Below are positions 28,349-37,226 of a DNA stretch of 64,000 bases, one piece after another; position 1 is the stretch's first letter, and each line of letters starts with the position of its first letter. Both the position numbers and the translations under genes were made by a program. Under the pieces are notes generated by a model, which saw only the letters and a list, made by a program, of their open reading frames with translations, had not been told where the DNA came from and searched no databases. The DNA comes from a virus (taxonomy: Duplodnaviria; Caudoviricetes): the IMG/VR virus record IMGVR_UViG_2934807906_000003, positions 1,944 through 65,943 of that record. The stretch is one strand, 5' to 3'.

Positions 28349-28439
28349 GTCGACCTCCAGGGTCTCGGTGCGAGAGGCCCGCCTCCAGGGCAGGCCAGCA
28401 GGGCAAATGAGCTGGTCAAGCGGCCGTCCCGGGGGCCCT

Positions 28440-28700
28440 AGGAAACCCGGGCGGAAAGTCAGGTGCTATACGGCCCCGATCCGGAAAAGATCACCTAGGG
28501 GGGCATACCCCCGGGTAAGGATCATGAAATTATGTCCGAATTTAGGGTGATTTAGAAGATCGTTAAGGGGTGTTCCTATGTCCTATTTCAACCCCGTTTG
28601 GAACAGCCCTAGTTGATCTCCATTGGATCTTCGAGTGATCCATTAGGTGATCACTAAGCCTCGCTGACGATCTACCTCGACAGAGATCATCCGCTTGCTG
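28440..28700. other. Non-coding, AT-enriched packaging-origin (cos) region
   Basis: Between the HNH cluster and terS; GGGGGCATACCCCC element; ten GATC. Confidence 0.6.
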
Positions 28701-28716
28701 GTCTACTCCACTGGCC

Positions 28717-28950
28717 TCACCGGCTCCGCCTACCAGGGTTGGCCCTGCTGCCTGTCCCGACCCCCGTGTTCCGGATGTGGAGGAGCTGGCAGTAGCCCTT
28801 GGCCCTGGCCCCGAGGTACTGGTGGAGCTGCCGCGTGCACCTGGTCCAGTCTCCTGGCGTACCCCATCGGATCTTGGCTGCGCCCTGGCCTGTGCTCCAG
28901 TACCTGCGCAGCGTCTCGGCGTTACCTCGTGGGTTGGGCTTGCGTGCCAC
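28717..28950 (-). CDS. Small basic phage protein
   Basis: LRRYW..G.GAAKIRWGTPGDWTRC...AKGYC..LH. Confidence 0.7.
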   Translation of the reverse strand: MARKPNPRGNAETLRRYWSTGQGAAKIRWGTPGDWTRCTRQLHQYLGARAKGYCQLLHIRNTGVGTGSRANPGRRSR

Positions 28951-28955
28951 GTGGA

Positions 28956-29144
28956 TCACTCCTCGGGCTCGTCGTCGATGCGTGTGATGGTCGCGCCTGC
29001 GTGTGCTGGCAGTACAAGACATGGCCCTTGCGGGTCGGCCAGTACAGCCCAGTCGCCTTGGATGGTGAGGGTGAGGTCGGGGTCCTCGACGAGGATGTCC
29101 TCGCCCTGCTGCCCCTTGGGGTGGGTGATCAGGTAGCGGGCCAC
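28956..29144 (-). CDS. Hypothetical protein
   Basis: GAGG RBS, operon spacing. Confidence 0.65.
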   Translation of the reverse strand: MARYLITHPKGQQGEDILVEDPDLTLTIQGDWAVLADPQGPCLVLPAHAGATITRIDDEPEE

Positions 29145-29148
29145 GGTC

Positions 29149-29442
29149 TCACCTCAGGCCAGGGTGCTGTTCGGGCGGGCGGGTTCGACCGGGCCGGGGG
29201 TTCTCACGCTGGGCGGCGTTGCCCTCGGCACTGGACTTCTGGTCGTGGCATGGGCCGCACACGCCTTGCAGGCCAGCCTGGCTGTGGTCGTCGACCTTGG
29301 CCAGGATGTGGTCGCAGAACCTGGACGGCCTGACGTTGCAGATCTTGCAGATCGGATCCCGTGCCAGGATCTGAGCCCGGATCTTTGACCAGCCGGACGG
29401 CAGCCGGGCCTTGCGGTCCGAGCCCTTCCAGTTGCCGCTCAT
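29149..29442 (-). CDS. HNH endonuclease (terminase-associated)
   Basis: RDPICKIC..DH..LQGVCGPCHDQKS. Confidence 0.88.
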   Translation of the reverse strand: MSGNWKGSDRKARLPSGWSKIRAQILARDPICKICNVRPSRFCDHILAKVDDHSQAGLQGVCGPCHDQKSSAEGNAAQRENPRPGRTRPPEQHPGLR

Positions 29443-29446
29443 GCGG

Positions 29447-29599
29447 TCATTGCTGGCCCATGCCGGCCATGAGGATCGCCCTGGTCAGTTCGAAGGCGCG
29501 CTGTTCAGAGAAGCCCGCGCTTCGGTATGCCTCGTACAGTTCGTGGAGTTGAGCCGCAGCAGCGGCGAGCTGAGTGATCGGGTCTTCCGGTTCGGCCAT
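29447..29599 (-). CDS. Small hypothetical protein
   Basis: AGGAG RBS; LHELYEAYRSAGFSEQRAFEL. Confidence 0.7.
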   Translation of the reverse strand: MAEPEDPITQLAAAAAQLHELYEAYRSAGFSEQRAFELTRAILMAGMGQQ

Positions 29600-29616
29600 G
29601 GCGCTGGCTCCTCGGT

Positions 29617-30498
29617 CTATTCGGCGAGTGCCCGCCGTATGCCCTCTTCGAGGGTGACGGTGGGCGTGTAGAAGTCGAGCATCCGGCTGGGGTCGCACAC
29701 GCGATGATGAACGCCCTGCGGTGCGGTCGGCAGGTGCTTGAGGTCAGGTCGGTAGCCGTATTCGGCGGTGACCAGCTGGGCGAGCTCGTCGAACGAGGTT
29801 GCCTTGCCAGTACCCAGGTTGATCGGCCCGCGGACGTCTTGATCGACGGCTGCGAGGGTGGCGCCGACGAGGTCGTCGATGTGAATCCAGTCGCGGGTGC
29901 TGCTCCCGTCGCCCCATATTTCAAAGGGGTCCTGCTGCTCTTTGGCCCGCCGGATGAAGGCGGGGAAGGGGTAGCTGTCGTCCTGGTCGCTGCCGTAGCC
30001 AGAGAAGGGGCGGAGGACGGTCATGCGGGTGCCGGCCGCTTCGGCGTACTGGGACAGTTGCTCGCCAGTCAGCTTGGCGAGACCGTAGGTGGCGTCGGGC
30101 CGGCCGGGCCGCTCGTAGTCGATGTCGGCCTCGACGAGGCGCCGCATGGGGCCGGGCTGCTGCAGCGCGACCGGGTAGGCGGCAGAGCTGGAGAAGTACA
30201 CCGCCCGCGGAGTCTTGCTGCGGGCGAGCCAGCGCATGTACCAGGCATCCAGAGCGAGGTTGGTGCCGACGCCGAGGGGTGAGCCGTCGATGCTGGCCCG
30301 TCCCCCGACAATGGCCGCGCAGTGGATGGCGAGGTCGAAGCGGACGTCGCTGGTGCGGAAGTGGTCGAGTGCGTCGCGCCGAATCACGGCCGGTGTGGCG
30401 GTCAGGTCGATCGCGGAGACCATCCAACCGCGGTCGTACATGGCCTGGTGCAGGTGACGGCCGACGAAGCCAGCCGCCCCCGTGAGGAGTACGCGCAT
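29617..30498 (-). CDS. NAD-dependent nucleotide-sugar epimerase/dehydratase (extended SDR)
   Basis: TGAAGFVG, HCAA, SSSAAY, YGLAK, WGDGSSTRDWIHIDD. Confidence 0.93.
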   Translation of the reverse strand: MRVLLTGAAGFVGRHLHQAMYDRGWMVSAIDLTATPAVIRRDALDHFRTSDVRFDLAIHCAAIVGGRASIDGSPLGVGTNLALDAWYMRWLARSKTPRAVYFSSSAAYPVALQQPGPMRRLVEADIDYERPGRPDATYGLAKLTGEQLSQYAEAAGTRMTVLRPFSGYGSDQDDSYPFPAFIRRAKEQQDPFEIWGDGSSTRDWIHIDDLVGATLAAVDQDVRGPINLGTGKATSFDELAQLVTAEYGYRPDLKHLPTAPQGVHHRVCDPSRMLDFYTPTVTLEEGIRRALAE

Positions 30499-31091
30499 CA
30501 GGCCGCCTTCACCGCACGGAACACGGGCCAGGGCAAGTCGGTATCGACTCGCTTGAGGCCGAGCCGGCGGCAGATGTCGTCCTGCCGGGTGCGGCTCCAG
30601 GTGGTGACGCTGATCCAGCCGCCGCCCTCGTGGGGGTCGTCGCTGGTCGGCCAGTCGAGGACGAGAAGCCCGTTGACGCGGACCGCGGCCCGGAGCCCGG
30701 CGACGATTCGCTCGGCGGACTCGTAGGTGTGGTGGATCAGTACGGCGAGGGAGACGACCGCGTCGGCCTTCTTGCCCAGCTGACGGGCCAGGTCGGTCCC
30801 GTCCGTGAGCACGGCCGGCATGTCTGGGGTGTTCTCGTGGAGCCGGTCGAGCATGGACTGGGAGCCGTCTGCGCCGGTGACGTCGTAGCCGAGGGCGGCC
30901 AGGGGTACGGCGACGCGGCCGTCTCCGCAGCCGAAGTCGACGACGCGGCTACCGGCGGGGAGGACCGTGGCGAGGAGCTCGGCCTGGACCTGTCCGGACT
31001 CGCGATAGGCGTCCTCGCTAATGCCGCGGGCCGGGTGGATCGCAGCAGGGTCGGCCATGTTCCAGGCCTCGATGACGGTGTCGATGCTCAT
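30498..31091 (-). CDS. Class I SAM-dependent methyltransferase
   Basis: VVDFGCGDGR, VTGADGS..ML, AVLIHH, GLLVLD. Confidence 0.9.
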   Translation of the reverse strand: MSIDTVIEAWNMADPAAIHPARGISEDAYRESGQVQAELLATVLPAGSRVVDFGCGDGRVAVPLAALGYDVTGADGSQSMLDRLHENTPDMPAVLTDGTDLARQLGKKADAVVSLAVLIHHTYESAERIVAGLRAAVRVNGLLVLDWPTSDDPHEGGGWISVTTWSRTRQDDICRRLGLKRVDTDLPWPVFRAVKAA

Positions 31092-31831
31092 GTGGTCTCC
31101 TCGATGCCCATGACGTGTCGCGCCGGATAGTCGGCGTACTGGACGAGGGCCTGGAGCTTGGCGAGGTCGGCTTCGAGTCCGCCGTTGTCGCGGTAGTCGT
31201 AGTAGGTGGTGGCGTCGGCGGTGGAGACCTCGCTGCTGTTGCACTCGATGTAGCCGGCGTCGATGTCGGCTTTCCCGTTGGCCGGGTGCATGTGCTCGAG
31301 GATCACGTCGCCGAGGTAGGTGATGCGGCCCATGCCGCGACCCCAGTCCATCCAGACGAGGTCGAGGCACAGGTGGATGAGGGCCGGTGGCGCCATGTAG
31401 CCGAGGGTGGTGACGATGTCGCTGGTCATCGCTACGGCGGTGGCCATGATCTCGCCCTGCAGCAGGTCGTTGCCGTAGACGATGCCAGGGCCGCCGGACA
31501 TACAGATCCGGAAGCGCTCGTCCCAGCCGGGCGTCCGCGGCCGGTGGTCATCACCCATGAAGGCGAGGAACCGGTAGCGGGGGGCCTCTTCGACGGCGGC
31601 GGCGTTGAGAGTGCCGCACATCCGCAGGCGAGGCCCGATCCGCCAGCGGATGTGCGGGTCGTTGATGGTCTCCATGTGCTCGCGGTAGCCGGGCAGCATG
31701 GGGTCGTCGTCATCGACGGCGAACAGCAGGTCGGCGGTTGCGCCGGTCTGTCGCCAGCAGTCGAGGATGGCGGGGACGCTGTCGGGCCGGCCACGCGTGG
31801 GCACGATCATCAGGAGGTCGTCCACGGGCAC
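31088..31831 (-). CDS. Glycosyltransferase family 2-like (GT-A)
   Basis: IVPTRGRP, VDDDD, LN.AA, FMGDDH, EHMH. Confidence 0.88.
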   Translation of the reverse strand: MPVDDLLMIVPTRGRPDSVPAILDCWRQTGATADLLFAVDDDDPMLPGYREHMETINDPHIRWRIGPRLRMCGTLNAAAVEEAPRYRFLAFMGDDHRPRTPGWDERFRICMSGGPGIVYGNDLLQGEIMATAVAMTSDIVTTLGYMAPPALIHLCLDLVWMDWGRGMGRITYLGDVILEHMHPANGKADIDAGYIECNSSEVSTADATTYYDYRDNGGLEADLAKLQALVQYADYPARHVMGIEETT

Positions 31832-31877
31832 CTCCTGTGATCTGTCGTGCGAGTAGCCGAGTGCCGACCGCGCGTGC

Positions 31878-34682
31878 TCAGACCGCGTACCAGCCCCAAG
31901 CCGTCCCGTTGTAGAGGGCCTGAACCCGCAGCGTCTGCCCGGTGGTGACGGTCGCCGTGGTGGCCCCGGTGCCGCTGGTCGTGTAGATGAGCTGGCTGCT
32001 CGTCGTGGCCACGGTTAGGTTCGACCCGCCGACGTTCTTGAAGACGTACTCGACGGGGTTGAAGTCGGCAGCCGGCAGGGTGCCGGTGAACGCGCCGCCC
32101 GCAGTGGTGTCGCAGACGAGGGTGCGGTCGATCGGGCTGCACGTGAACGCGCCGGTCTTCCGCTTGATCGCCCTGGGCACTTGGCCGTTGACGATCTCGA
32201 TGCCCGTCGGGGCGGAGACGCTGACACCGCTCTCGGTGAAGAGGCCCGTAAGCCGGATCTGCCCCAGTGCGGAGTTCATGGCCGCAGTCGAGTTGCCCGA
32301 GACGTTGGGCGTGGACGACTCGGTGGAGACGTTGGCGTAGATCGCGGGGCCGACGCCTTCCGATCCGACGCCGACGACGTAGATCTCATTGATGCAGGCT
32401 TCGATGCTCGCCGAGATGACGTCCATGGCGTGGACGGAACCGACGCTGCCTGCGTAGGAGCCGACGGGGCACAAGCCCGCCCAGGAGTAGAGGGCCATGT
32501 AGCGCTCGACCACGGCGTGTTCGGTGAGGAAGAGCGCGTAGGTGTAGCCACCCCCGCAGCCGACGTTCCGCGCGACCACGTGGTCGTTGTTGCCGGGGGC
32601 TGGCAGGAGGAATCCGACCGACAGGCCGGTCCCGAAGGTGCCCGGTGAGGTGTAGTCGGTGCTGGGTGACGCGACGGTCCCAGCGGTGCCGTAGCCCACG
32701 TTCTCCACGTGGGCGTTGGCGCAGCCCCAGAGGTTCGCGGCTCCGTAGGTGAGGCCGTAGGCGCTGTGGGCCGTGAGAATGGCGAGGTTCTTGATCACGG
32801 CCTGCATGTTGCTGAAGGCCGCGGCAACGCCGTAGCCGGAGCCTTCGTTCGGCCCGGAGATGACGCCTGGGTTCCCATCGTTGTTGATCGACGTGATCTG
32901 GGCACTCGTCGAGGCGTACACGCCGAGGGAGATCAGGCAGGAGCCCGCGTACTGCGGGACGGCCTGCTCCCAGTGCCGAACCGCTGCCGCACCGTCGCCC
33001 TCGCCGCGGAACTCCAGGATCTTCTTGACCCCGGACGTCGAGACAGGTCCGAAGGTGATCTGCCCGTTGCCGCTCTTCGCCGCCGACAGCGGGCCCGCAA
33101 CGATGTACGGCCGAGGGGGGAAGTACACCTGGGCGTATGTCTTGCCCGTGGCCAGGTAGGCCTCGGCAGCGTCCACGGCAGCCTGGATGGCTGCGGTGTC
33201 GTCGGTGCCCCAGATGACCACAGCGTTGGTGACGGTCGTTGCCGCTGGGGCGGCGAGCGTGACCTGGGTGGCGCTGATGCGAGCGCTGATCGTGGTCACC
33301 AGGGTCGTGACGCCTGTGATGGCGGCGCCCTTGACCGAGACGGCTTTGCCGACGTCGCTGGGCTGGAAGTTGGCGGTCGCGCTGGTCAGCGTCGTCGAGG
33401 CGGCTGTCATCGCCCCGTCGTTGACGACCTGGCCGTTGCCCAATGCCCCGTAGGCGGAGGCGGTCACGTCGAACACCCACGGATCGGCCGCGCCGCCGCC
33501 GACCCAGGTGCCGGGGGTGCCGCCTGCGGTGCACAGCCAGAATGCGCCCGCCGAGTCCTGCACGGTGTCGCCGGCAGCCCACGTGCCGCTGGTGGGCGCA
33601 CCCGTGCTGGCACGGCGCCCACAGAAGCGGATGTTGGCCAGGGCGTTCTTCGCGCCGATCGCAGCGACGCCGGTGGTGGCGTCGATGTCGTGGACGGTGT
33701 CGAAGGGGGAGGTGCCGAACTGGGTGCGGCCGATCATGTGGGGGCCGGCGGCTTCCCAGCGCATCAGGTTGGACTGGGCGCCCGTGAAGTCGGCGTTCTG
33801 CCAGTGGGAGACGAAGACGTCGAGCCCGCCGATCTCGAAGTCGAGGCCGCCGCCGGTGACGCGCAGCCGGTAGGCGCCGGTGTCGTCTGCCCGCGTGACA
33901 GTCAAGTTGGCACCGTCGACGGTGAGGTCGCCGGTCATGGTGCCGCCGGCCTTCGCCAGCAGGGCGGCGAGGGAGGCGGCCAGGCCGGAAATCTGGGACT
34001 GGGACAGGCTCACCGGGTCCGAGCCGGCCGCAGCGTGCGAGGCAGCGTGCGCGGTAGGAGTGCGGGCGTCCGAGAGCCGCGCGTCGGTGGTGACGACCAG
34101 GGCCGCGGTATTGGCGATGCCGTGCACGGCCGTCGTGTCGGCCTCGTGTGAGGCCAGGGCCGCTGCTGCCGCGGCGCGGTCGCCGTGCGGGTCGGTTGCC
34201 GCAGCGTGAACTACCACGGCCGCAGCTGCGGTGCCCTCCGGGTCGGCGTCAACGTCGTCGGCGTCCAGGACTACGGCGCCGATCTTGCCGTTGACCGAGG
34301 AGACGGCACCGCTGCCGCCGCCGTTGCCGGGCCCGCCGTTGGGTGCCGGAATGGGGGTGAGGTCGGCGATGTCCACAGTCCCGGTGCCGGTGATGTTGGC
34401 GTAGAACTGGACGCGCTTTCCGCCTGTGGGCTGCAGGTCGACAAACCAGCGCCAGCCCGTCGGCTGGATCCCGGACGCATCGCAGGGCAGCAGGACAACA
34501 GAGAAGGTGCCGTCGCTGGCCAGGTCGACGCTGCCGCCGCCGGGGTAGACCGCGTTCCGCCCTGCGTCGATGAGGTACGCGGACGGCTTGAGGGCGATCT
34601 TGCCCCTGTAGGCGGTGCCGGCAACGGCGGACGGGATGGTGCCGACGAGCGTGACGGTGGGCGTGCCCGGAGGGAACGACAT
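31878..34682 (-). CDS. Large fibre/spike protein with pectate-lyase-like beta-helix domain
   Basis: SVNGKIGAVVL, TDPHG, SDARTPTAH, GAPTSGTW, YGALGNG, GTDDTAAIQAAVDAA..VYFP; Thr/Gly/Ala-rich. Confidence 0.75.
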   Translation of the reverse strand: MSFPPGTPTVTLVGTIPSAVAGTAYRGKIALKPSAYLIDAGRNAVYPGGGSVDLASDGTFSVVLLPCDASGIQPTGWRWFVDLQPTGGKRVQFYANITGTGTVDIADLTPIPAPNGGPGNGGGSGAVSSVNGKIGAVVLDADDVDADPEGTAAAAVVVHAAATDPHGDRAAAAAALASHEADTTAVHGIANTAALVVTTDARLSDARTPTAHAASHAAAGSDPVSLSQSQISGLAASLAALLAKAGGTMTGDLTVDGANLTVTRADDTGAYRLRVTGGGLDFEIGGLDVFVSHWQNADFTGAQSNLMRWEAAGPHMIGRTQFGTSPFDTVHDIDATTGVAAIGAKNALANIRFCGRRASTGAPTSGTWAAGDTVQDSAGAFWLCTAGGTPGTWVGGGAADPWVFDVTASAYGALGNGQVVNDGAMTAASTTLTSATANFQPSDVGKAVSVKGAAITGVTTLVTTISARISATQVTLAAPAATTVTNAVVIWGTDDTAAIQAAVDAAEAYLATGKTYAQVYFPPRPYIVAGPLSAAKSGNGQITFGPVSTSGVKKILEFRGEGDGAAAVRHWEQAVPQYAGSCLISLGVYASTSAQITSINNDGNPGVISGPNEGSGYGVAAAFSNMQAVIKNLAILTAHSAYGLTYGAANLWGCANAHVENVGYGTAGTVASPSTDYTSPGTFGTGLSVGFLLPAPGNNDHVVARNVGCGGGYTYALFLTEHAVVERYMALYSWAGLCPVGSYAGSVGSVHAMDVISASIEACINEIYVVGVGSEGVGPAIYANVSTESSTPNVSGNSTAAMNSALGQIRLTGLFTESGVSVSAPTGIEIVNGQVPRAIKRKTGAFTCSPIDRTLVCDTTAGGAFTGTLPAADFNPVEYVFKNVGGSNLTVATTSSQLIYTTSGTGATTATVTTGQTLRVQALYNGTAWGWYAV

Positions 34683-34700
34683 CGGGCACCTCCTCGTCGG

Positions 34701-34946
34701 TCAGGCTGCCTTGGGGTTCCTCTGAGGCATCGGCCGGTACGTCTTGGCACGCTCAGCGATCTCGGGAAGCGCGTACATCGTCTTGTGCTCGCGCCCGTTG
34801 CCCGCGTACTCGCCGGGCCGACCCTGGAACCGGCGGATCTTGCCGCGGCGTGCCCACTGGCGGATGACCGTCCCGGGGACCCCGGTTGCTTCCGTGGCTT
34901 CGTTCTCGAAGACGAGGTCGTCGGGGTACAGCTCGTGCAGTTCCAT
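34701..34946 (-). CDS. Small HTH (MerR-like) DNA-binding protein
   Basis: EATEATGVPGTVIRQWARRGKI..MYALPEI. Confidence 0.75.
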   Translation of the reverse strand: MELHELYPDDLVFENEATEATGVPGTVIRQWARRGKIRRFQGRPGEYAGNGREHKTMYALPEIAERAKTYRPMPQRNPKAA

Positions 34947-34966
34947 GCCACCCCCAGAAACGCGAA

Positions 34967-34991
34967 AAGCCCCCGGCGAGGCTGGGGGCTT
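34967..34991 (-). terminator. Intrinsic terminator-like hairpin
   Basis: AAGCCCCCGGC-GAG-GCTGGGGGCTT, followed by a T-tract on the minus strand. Confidence 0.55.
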
Positions 34992-35083
34992 GAGGATGCG
35001 GACACACGAGTATCTCGCTGAGGGCACTGTGACATATGCCGGATCTTGTCGTCAAGGAAGGCTTGTTCGAGCCACAATGAGCC

Positions 35084-35392
35084 ATGGATGACTTGGTGCA
35101 GTTCCTCCGCGCCCGCCTCGATGAAGACCGGGAGCGAGCCCGGTTGATCGCGGGGGCGCTGGCCGGTAACGCCAGCTCGTTGGAAATCCGGCCGGAGCAG
35201 GCAGCGGCCCACGCGCAGGAGATGGTGACCGCAGCCGAGGCCATGATCCGACTGTTCGAGGAGACCATCTACTCGCACCTGCGGGTGGATGGCCGGGCTG
35301 GGCGCCGTGCGGATCTGCAGATGCGGTTGATGGCTTCCTCGTACACGGCCCACCCGGACTACCGCAATGACTGGGCGCCCGATCCGGTGTAA
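35084..35392 (+). CDS. DUF6221-like protein
   Basis: MDDLVQFLRARLDED...Y.AHPDYR.DWAP. Confidence 0.8.
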   Translation: MDDLVQFLRARLDEDRERARLIAGALAGNASSLEIRPEQAAAHAQEMVTAAEAMIRLFEETIYSHLRVDGRAGRRADLQMRLMASSYTAHPDYRNDWAPDPV

Positions 35393-35442
35393 CCCGCCCC
35401 AACCAGCAACACCGAGACCCCCGCGCGCGGCATGATGCCCGC

Positions 35443-35643
35443 ATGGGGGTCTCTTTCGGTATCGCGGCCGATACGGCGCAGGAGTGCGCGGAGGGTCTGG
35501 CCTTGCTCGGGCTGCTCCAGCAGCACGGCGTCAAGGTGACCGTCACGCTCGAGCCGGCCCAGGTTGGCGGTTCCCGCTGGATCGCTCGGGCGGTACCCAC
35601 GACGAAGGCCCCCGCGGTCGGCGAGGGCCTGGTCGAGCAGTAG
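35443..35643 (+). CDS. Hypothetical protein
   Basis: FGIAADT..ECAEGL...RWIARA; coding-like. Confidence 0.6.
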   Translation: MGVSFGIAADTAQECAEGLALLGLLQQHGVKVTVTLEPAQVGGSRWIARAVPTTKAPAVGEGLVEQ

Positions 35644-35644
35644 G

Positions 35645-35818
35645 TCAGTTCAGTTCGTGGTCGCAGTCGGAGCACTCGCACTCGTCGTCGTGCGGGCAGT
35701 CGCATCCGCAGGCGTGGGCCCTCCAGCAGCTGCACTGGCACATGCCCTCGCCGCAGGGCCAGTCCTCGCCCATCTCTTCGGGTTCGGTGGTCGGGTCGGT
35801 GGTGGTCTGCTGGGTCAT
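35645..35818 (-). CDS. 57-aa acidic Cys-rich peptide (metallothionein-like)
   Basis: AAGGAG RBS; MTQQTTTDPTTEPEEMGEDWPCGEGMCQCSCWRAHACGCDCPHDDECECSDCDHELN; absent from the ORF track. Confidence 0.7.
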   Translation of the reverse strand: MTQQTTTDPTTEPEEMGEDWPCGEGMCQCSCWRAHACGCDCPHDDECECSDCDHELN

Positions 35819-35860
35819 GCGCGTCTCCTTGGTTTGGGTTGAGTGTGGCAGTGGGGTCTG

Positions 35861-36049
35861 TCAGACGGGCCGGAGTTCGTGACCATGGCAGAGGACGGGC
35901 GCGATCCAGATGCTGATCTGGTCGACCGTCCAGCGGCCTTCGGTGAGCGGTCCGGGTGGGACCTCGTCGACTATCCGACCGACCCTCCCGACTGCCCGCG
36001 AGTCGTCCTCGCAGCTCACGATCAGCACTCTCTGCCCTGCCTGGAACAT
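35861..36049 (-). CDS. Small SH3/KOW-like protein
   Basis: AAGGAG RBS; FQAGQRVLI..VGRVGRIV..ELRPV. Confidence 0.7.
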   Translation of the reverse strand: MFQAGQRVLIVSCEDDSRAVGRVGRIVDEVPPGPLTEGRWTVDQISIWIAPVLCHGHELRPV

Positions 36050-36089
36050 CGTCTTCTCCTTCGGTTGTGGGGGCTTGTCGGGCGGCAGG

Positions 36090-36563
36090 TCAGGCGAGTC
36101 GCGCGGCGGCCTGCAGCATCCGGATCGGCGCTGCGGGCCCGCTCTGCCGGGAGTTCCAGTGCGGGATGCTGACGACGGTCCGGTCCTCGGCCCGGATGGC
36201 TTGCAGGAGCAGCGTCCGCGCCTCCCCTTCCTGCCGGTCGTTGCCGGCTTCGAGGTGGATGGCGTGCAGCGGGCAGATGGCGCCAGTGCTGTCGACGGCG
36301 GCGTGTCGGCTCCAGCGTGCGGTGGTGAGTCGGCGGGCGGCCCGCTCGAGGAGTCGAGCGATTGGCTGGTCGTCGGCGACGAGGATCGGCGGGCCGATCT
36401 CGACGTCGGGGATAGGGGTGCTGGCGGTGTTCACGTCGAATGCGAGGCCAGCGCCACCGAGTCGCTCATCCATGGTCAGCCCGGCCAGGGCGAGCTTCTC
36501 GTCGAGGGTCAGCGGCCGTGCCGCCGCCCTGGTGGGGGCGGCGGCCGTGCGGGTGGCGGTCAT
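36090..36563 (-). CDS. DUF6197-like protein of actinomycete transfer regions
   Basis: LTLDEKLAL, LLERA, GAICPLHAI, IPHWN. Confidence 0.65.
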   Translation of the reverse strand: MTATRTAAAPTRAAARPLTLDEKLALAGLTMDERLGGAGLAFDVNTASTPIPDVEIGPPILVADDQPIARLLERAARRLTTARWSRHAAVDSTGAICPLHAIHLEAGNDRQEGEARTLLLQAIRAEDRTVVSIPHWNSRQSGPAAPIRMLQAAARLA

Positions 36564-36745
36564 CGCAGGCGGGCCTTTCCGTCGCCCTTGCACTCGGGGC
36601 ACTTTGCGAACCCGCGCTCACCGCCGAAGGCCCAGTAGTTGCCGCCCTGACCGTTGCACTGCCAGCACAGGCCGCGGCGGATGCAGGCCTCACGGGCGAG
36701 CCGGGAGTTCTGCTTGATCCACTGCTCGTCGGTCATCTCAGCCAT
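36560..36745 (-). CDS. Small DnaJ-type Zn-finger protein
   Basis: CWQCNGQG...CPECKGDG. Confidence 0.7.
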   Translation of the reverse strand: MAEMTDEQWIKQNSRLAREACIRRGLCWQCNGQGGNYWAFGGERGFAKCPECKGDGKARLR

Positions 36746-37194
36746 CACCACCACCCCTTGCGGGCGCCGGACTTCTTGTCGGCCTTGGTCCGTTCTTCGG
36801 CCTCGTCGGCGAGGTACTCCATCTGCTTGATGTCGTCGCGGTGGATGGCGCCTCGGTACTGCTCGCCGCGGCGGATCCCGTAGAGGCCTTCGTCGCGGCA
36901 GTCGGGTTCCGGGCTGGCGAGGTCGCGGAGTCCGTGGGGCTGGGTCTCGAAGGCCTGGCCGTAGGTCATCAGCAGGGACTTGCCTTCGCTGTTGAACAGT
37001 CCTCCGCCGGTCGCGGTGCGGAGGCTGCAGGTGTGGGCTTCGAACTGTCCGGCGATGCGGGTCTCGTGTTCGTTGACGACCCAGACCTTGCGGCCCTTCT
37101 TGAACCAGCGGTCGAAGTCGGCGATGTCGCCACGGCGTCGGGTGTCCCACGAGCGTCCGGAGCAGGTCCAGTTGCCATACTTGCTGTTGCTCAT
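36745..37194 (-). CDS. Hypothetical protein
   Basis: AAGGAG RBS; ends GWW; translationally coupled. Confidence 0.7.
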   Translation of the reverse strand: MSNSKYGNWTCSGRSWDTRRRGDIADFDRWFKKGRKVWVVNEHETRIAGQFEAHTCSLRTATGGGLFNSEGKSLLMTYGQAFETQPHGLRDLASPEPDCRDEGLYGIRRGEQYRGAIHRDDIKQMEYLADEAEERTKADKKSGARKGWW

Positions 37195-37226
37195 GACGGT
37201 TCTCCTTCGGTGGGTGGGGTGGTGGG

